A stretch of DNA of 64,000 nt from the human T2T-CHM13v2.0 reference genome, Homo sapiens. The notes under the pieces were generated by a model that made no database searches, was not told where the DNA came from, and saw only the letters and a program-made list of their open reading frames with translations. Of this stretch, positions 59,037 through 64,000 are shown piece after piece; positions within the stretch are counted from its first letter, which is position 1, and every line of letters begins with the position of its first letter. Both the position numbers and the translations under genes were made by a program. The DNA lies in the NCBI RefSeq assembly GCF_009914755.1, contig NC_060927.1; one strand, given 5' to 3'.

Positions 59037-62000
59037 TGTTCTGGCTAGAACTTCCAGTATAGTGACAGTTTTGTTCTTTGACACTTGGAGTATGTTATTT
59101 CATTGTTTTGATGGCCTTTATTGTTTCTAGTAAAAGTGTTAAGAGCAGGTAATTCTTTTCTTGTTCCTGATCTTAAAGAAAGCATTTAATATTTCACCAT
59201 TAAGTGGGATGTTATTATTACTATTTTGGAGATATCCTCTATAAAGTTGAAGAAGTCACCTTCTATTCCTAGTTTGTTGAGGGTTGTTTTTAATCATGAA
59301 AGGGTTTGGATTTTGTCAAATGCTTTTGCTGCATCTACTTAAATGATCATGTGGCTTTTGTTTTTTATTCTATTGATTTGGTGTATTAGATTAATTGATT
59401 TCCAGATGTTAAAACAACCTTGCATTCTAGGGATAAATCTCATTTGGTTATGGTATATAATTCTTCTTAAGTGTTGCTGGATTTGGTTTGTTAGTATGAC
59501 GTTTTTGCAGTCATATTTATAAAAGATAGCTCTATAGTTTTCTTGTGATGTCTTTGACGTTTTGGTATCAGAGTATGATTGGGCTCATAGAACGTATTGG
59601 GAATTGTTCTCCTTTTTTATAATTTTGGAAGAGTTCGTGAAGAATTGGTATTCTTTAAATGTTTGATAGAATTTACCAGTGGCCCTGGCTTTTCTTTTTG
59701 GATAGCTTTTTAAAGTTAATAATTCAATCCCTTTACTCGTTGTTTTCAGATTATCTATTTCTTTTTGGGTCAGTTTTCGTGGTTTGTGTCTTTGTAGGAA
59801 TTTGTCCATTTCATCTAAGTTATTTATTTTATTGGCATACAGTTGTTTATAGTGTTCCTTTATAATCCTTTTATTTCTGTAAAGTTGTTAGTAATATGCC
59901 CTCTTTCAGATTCTGGTAATTTGAGTTTTTCTTTCTTTTTCGTGTTTAATCTAGCTAAAGTTTTGTCAATTTTTTTATCTTCTTAATGAATCATCTTTTG
60001 GTTTCGTTGATTTTCTCAAATATTTTTTTCTATTCTCAATTTTATTAATTTTCATTCTAGTCTTTATTATTTCTTTCCTTCTTCTTGCTTTAGCTTTACT
60101 TTGTTGTTCTTTTTCCAGTGTGTTAGGGTGGAAGTTTAGCCTATTGCTTTGAGCTTTTTATTCTTTCTTAATAGAGGCATTTGCAGCTATAAATTTTTCT
60201 CTAAACACTGCTGTAACTGCACTACATAAGTTTTGGTCTCTTGTGTGTTTGTTTTCATTTATCTCAAAATATTTTGTTATTTGTCATTTGATTTCTTCTT
60301 TGATGCACTGGTTATTTAGGAGTGTGTTGCTTAGTTTCACATAGTTGTGAATTCCCCAAATTTCTTCCTATTATTGAGTTCTAATTTTATTGCATTGTGG
60401 TCAGAACATACACTTTTGATTATTTCCACCCTTTAAAATTTATTGAAGTTTGTTTTATGGCTTATCCTATGGTCTGTCCTAGAGAATGTCCCACGTGCAC
60501 GTGAGAAGAATGTGTAATGTATTGTTGGGTGGTGTCTGTTGCGTCTAGGTGGTTTATAGTGTTTTGGAATCCTTTATTTCCATATTAATCTTCTGCCTAG
60601 TTGTTTTACTCTGTATTCAAAGTGAGATATTGAAGTCCTCACCAGTCATTGTTTAATTGTCTATTTCTTTTTTCATCTCTGTCAGTTTTTACTTCATGAA
60701 ATTTGATGCTCTGTGTGTAGGTGTGTATATGTGTATAATTGTTATATCTTCCCGACAGATTTACTCTTTTATCATTATAAAATATTTCTCTTTATCTTCA
60801 GTAACTTTTTTTGTTTTAAAATCTATTTGTCTCATATTATTCTAACCATTCCAGCTTTCTTGTTAATAGAACAAGAAGGGTTGCTGTTTCCATAATACAC
60901 TTTTCATTTTGCTTTTAGCCTGTTTGTATCTTTGAATCTAAAGTGTTTCTCTTATAGATAACATGTACTTGGTGCATTTTATAAAAATCTAGTCTGAAAA
61001 ATCTCTGCCTCTTGGATTATTTAATTAATTCACATTTATTATTAAGTCTGATGTTAGCATAGCATATATTCATATAGCACATGTGTGGTATAGTATATAG
61101 TATACTAAAGAAAGATGTAGTACGTCATATGTATATACATATAATGGCATATATGTTTTAGTTCATAAGGTATATATTTATAGCTTCATTATATTAACCT
61201 TATTTAAAATGTATTTCTGGATATTTTTATTTATTCCTGTGGATTTCAGTTACCGTCTGGATTTCTTAGCCGCATATATCTCTGCACTCAACCACTTCCT
61301 TCATGCCGTTTTTGGCAAATATATTACCTCTCTATATGTTATAGACCCAACCATACATTGCATAATATTGCCGTATACAATTGTTATTTAGTCAATTAAG
61401 AAAGGTGAAGACATGGGCATTCATTTTGTCTTTCATAGTTACATATTCACCTTTTTGGTGATCTTGATTTTTGTCTTGTGACTTTGAATTACCATCTTGG
61501 GTTATTTGCTCTAAGCATGCAGAACTTCTTTTAGCATTTCCTGTAAGCCAGGTCTGCTAGCACTAAATTCTCTCAGTTTTTCTTTATCTGTTAATATCTT
61601 TATTCTATATTCATTTTTAAAAAATAGCTATGCTGGATATAGGATTTTTGGTTGACAGTTTTGTTCTTTGACACTTTGAATATATTATTTCATTGTTTTG
61701 ATGGCCTTTATTGTTTCTACTAAGAAGTCAGCTTTTAATGTTATGCAGTTTCACTTGTAATATTCTTGTAATGAGTCATTTTTTTCTTGTCTGCTTTCAA
61801 TATTTTTTCCTTGTCTTTGGCCTTCAGCTTTTTTTTTTCTATGATGTGTCTTTTTGCATATCTGTTTGCGTTTATATGAATTGGAGTTCATTGAGCTTCC
61901 TGGATGTGCAGGTTATTATTTTTCAATAATTTTAGAAAGTTTATATTCATTCAATATCCTTCAATATCTTTTTCTGTTTCTTCTCTTTGTTCTCTCCTTC

Positions 62001-62723
62001 TTATATTCCCATCACCCATATGTTGGTGAATGTAATGGTGTCTCACATCTGAGCTCTGTTCATTTTTTCTGTTTTTTTTAATTGCATAATCTCTATTAAT
62101 CTATCTTCAAGTTTGTTAATTCTTCTTCCTCCAGTTCAAATATGCTTTTGAGTCTCTCTAAAGAATTTTTTATTTCTGTTATTGTGTTTTTAAGCCCAGA
62201 ATTTCCATTTGGTTCTTTTTATAATTTCTATCTTTTTATTTAATTCTCTATTTGATGTGATGTCGTAATATCCATCTTTACCTCTTTAATTATGGTTTTC
62301 TTTAATTCTTTGGACATATGTATAATAGCTACTTTGAAGTCTTTGTCTATTAAACAAAGAACAATTTCTGGTCACTCTCACAGGCAGTTTCTGTTGCCTG
62401 CTTGTTTTTTTCTTTGTGTATGTGTCATATTTTCCTATTTTTTGCATGTCTTGTAATTTTTATTAGAAACTGGACATTTTAGATAATATATTTTAGCAAC
62501 CCTGGGTACTGGTTTCAGCCTCTGGGGTTCGTTATTGTTATTTGATTTTAGTGACTGGCTGGATTATCTTAGTGAAGTCTATTTCTTCCCTTCTCTGCCC
62601 CTCTTCCCAATATGAAGCCCCTGATGCTGCTTTTGCTTTTCAGAGGGTAATGCCTTGGGTAGAGCACAGTCAACAAGAGCTTGGTCTTTTTCCCTGGCTA
62701 CACCAACCCTTAAGTACCCATAA

Positions 62724-63037
<314 letters not shown>

Positions 63038-64000
63038 AGGCACCCCCAATTGTTGACTGACTATTCTCTCTTTTTTTAAACCATGCCGTGGGGCATGAAT
63101 TGCTCCACAGTCTGCTTTGATCAAATCCTTGCTCTTCTGAAGGGATATTTCCCAAGGCCAGTATTTGAGATATGTCCTCCTCCCAGCTGTCTCTTCCTGT
63201 AGAGATCTGTCCAGCAAACTTACCAGCCTACAGTTTAGATTATATCTCCAATGAATCTATCAGTCCCTTCCCAATTGTTTTCCACTACAACCTCCACTAT
63301 TTTCCAGAGTGTCCTTAGGCTTGAACTTATCTACACTCAGTTGCAACTGAAGTCAGTTCATTTGGGAAGAAATTTCAAACTATTTGTTTTATGGCCTGCT
63401 TTCTCCCAGCCTCCCCTGGGCACAATTGCTGAGCCATAGTTTTGGAGCTGGGGGTGGGGACTATGGCATGATTCTCTCTTAGTGACATGTATGTTTAGAA
63501 GTTGAGTACTTAGCTCGGTGGAAGGGGAGTAGTAGCCTCAAGTCTTCTCAGCTTGCCTCTCCCAGTGTGGAGCGTTCGCCTTTCAAGTTTGGGCAAGAGC
63601 AATCAGGGTCCCAGTCTTCTCAGAAAGTCATGCCCAAAATAAAGACTTCGAGTGCAGATGTTATGGACGAAGGGAGCCCTCATTTCTCAGCTGTACTCGC
63701 CCAGAACTTAGCTTCAGCAACAGGCAGCTGGTAGCAGGATGAGAAATGCTGATGACCTGCCCCTCCTGGGATGAATGCCCTCCAACTGTGAACTTTGGGG
63801 AGAGAGAACCCTGTGTTCTTGGCCATATAAGCCTAGAGTGAGTTTGTGTCTTGCCAAACTTGGATGAGAGAGGGAGGGAGCAGGTCTTTGTTCAAACACC
63901 ATAGTGCCTTGCTGTTCTTACTGAGTTTTAGTGGGGTTTCTTGAATAAATGTTTCTTCATTTGCTATGTGCCCTTAGGACCAATTCCAGATACTTTAAAT

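Overview
Primate, very likely human, genomic DNA from inside the CACNA2D3 gene (voltage-gated calcium channel alpha2delta-3 subunit), which is transcribed on the + strand. It holds one 163-bp coding exon (39458-39620). No other host exon is visible, so the flanking introns are >39 kb and >24 kb. The rest is a typical repeat-rich intron. It includes the 5'UTR of a young minus-strand L1PA3-like element (1-~800) with an open ORF0, and a full-length but dead sense-strand L1PA7-like element (~4005-10440) with target-site duplications. It also has old L1M blocks, about 9 Alus, THE1/MST/MLT LTRs, MER44/MER3/MER5/MER58/MADE DNA elements, MIR/L2 remnants and microsatellites. I cannot demonstrate a new biological system. 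The best second-look candidates are: (1) an L1 antisense promoter/ORF0 pointing into the host gene, with both ORF0 splice donors carrying the same -1 G>A change; (2) an 85-bp tandem duplication that doubles a p53-family response element; (3) two recursive-splice-site-like AG|GT motifs; (4) several templated and fold-back insertion scars, including a 71-bp patch copied from 2.6 kb away. Repeat subfamily names are from recalled consensus features, and repeat boundaries without TSDs are approximate.
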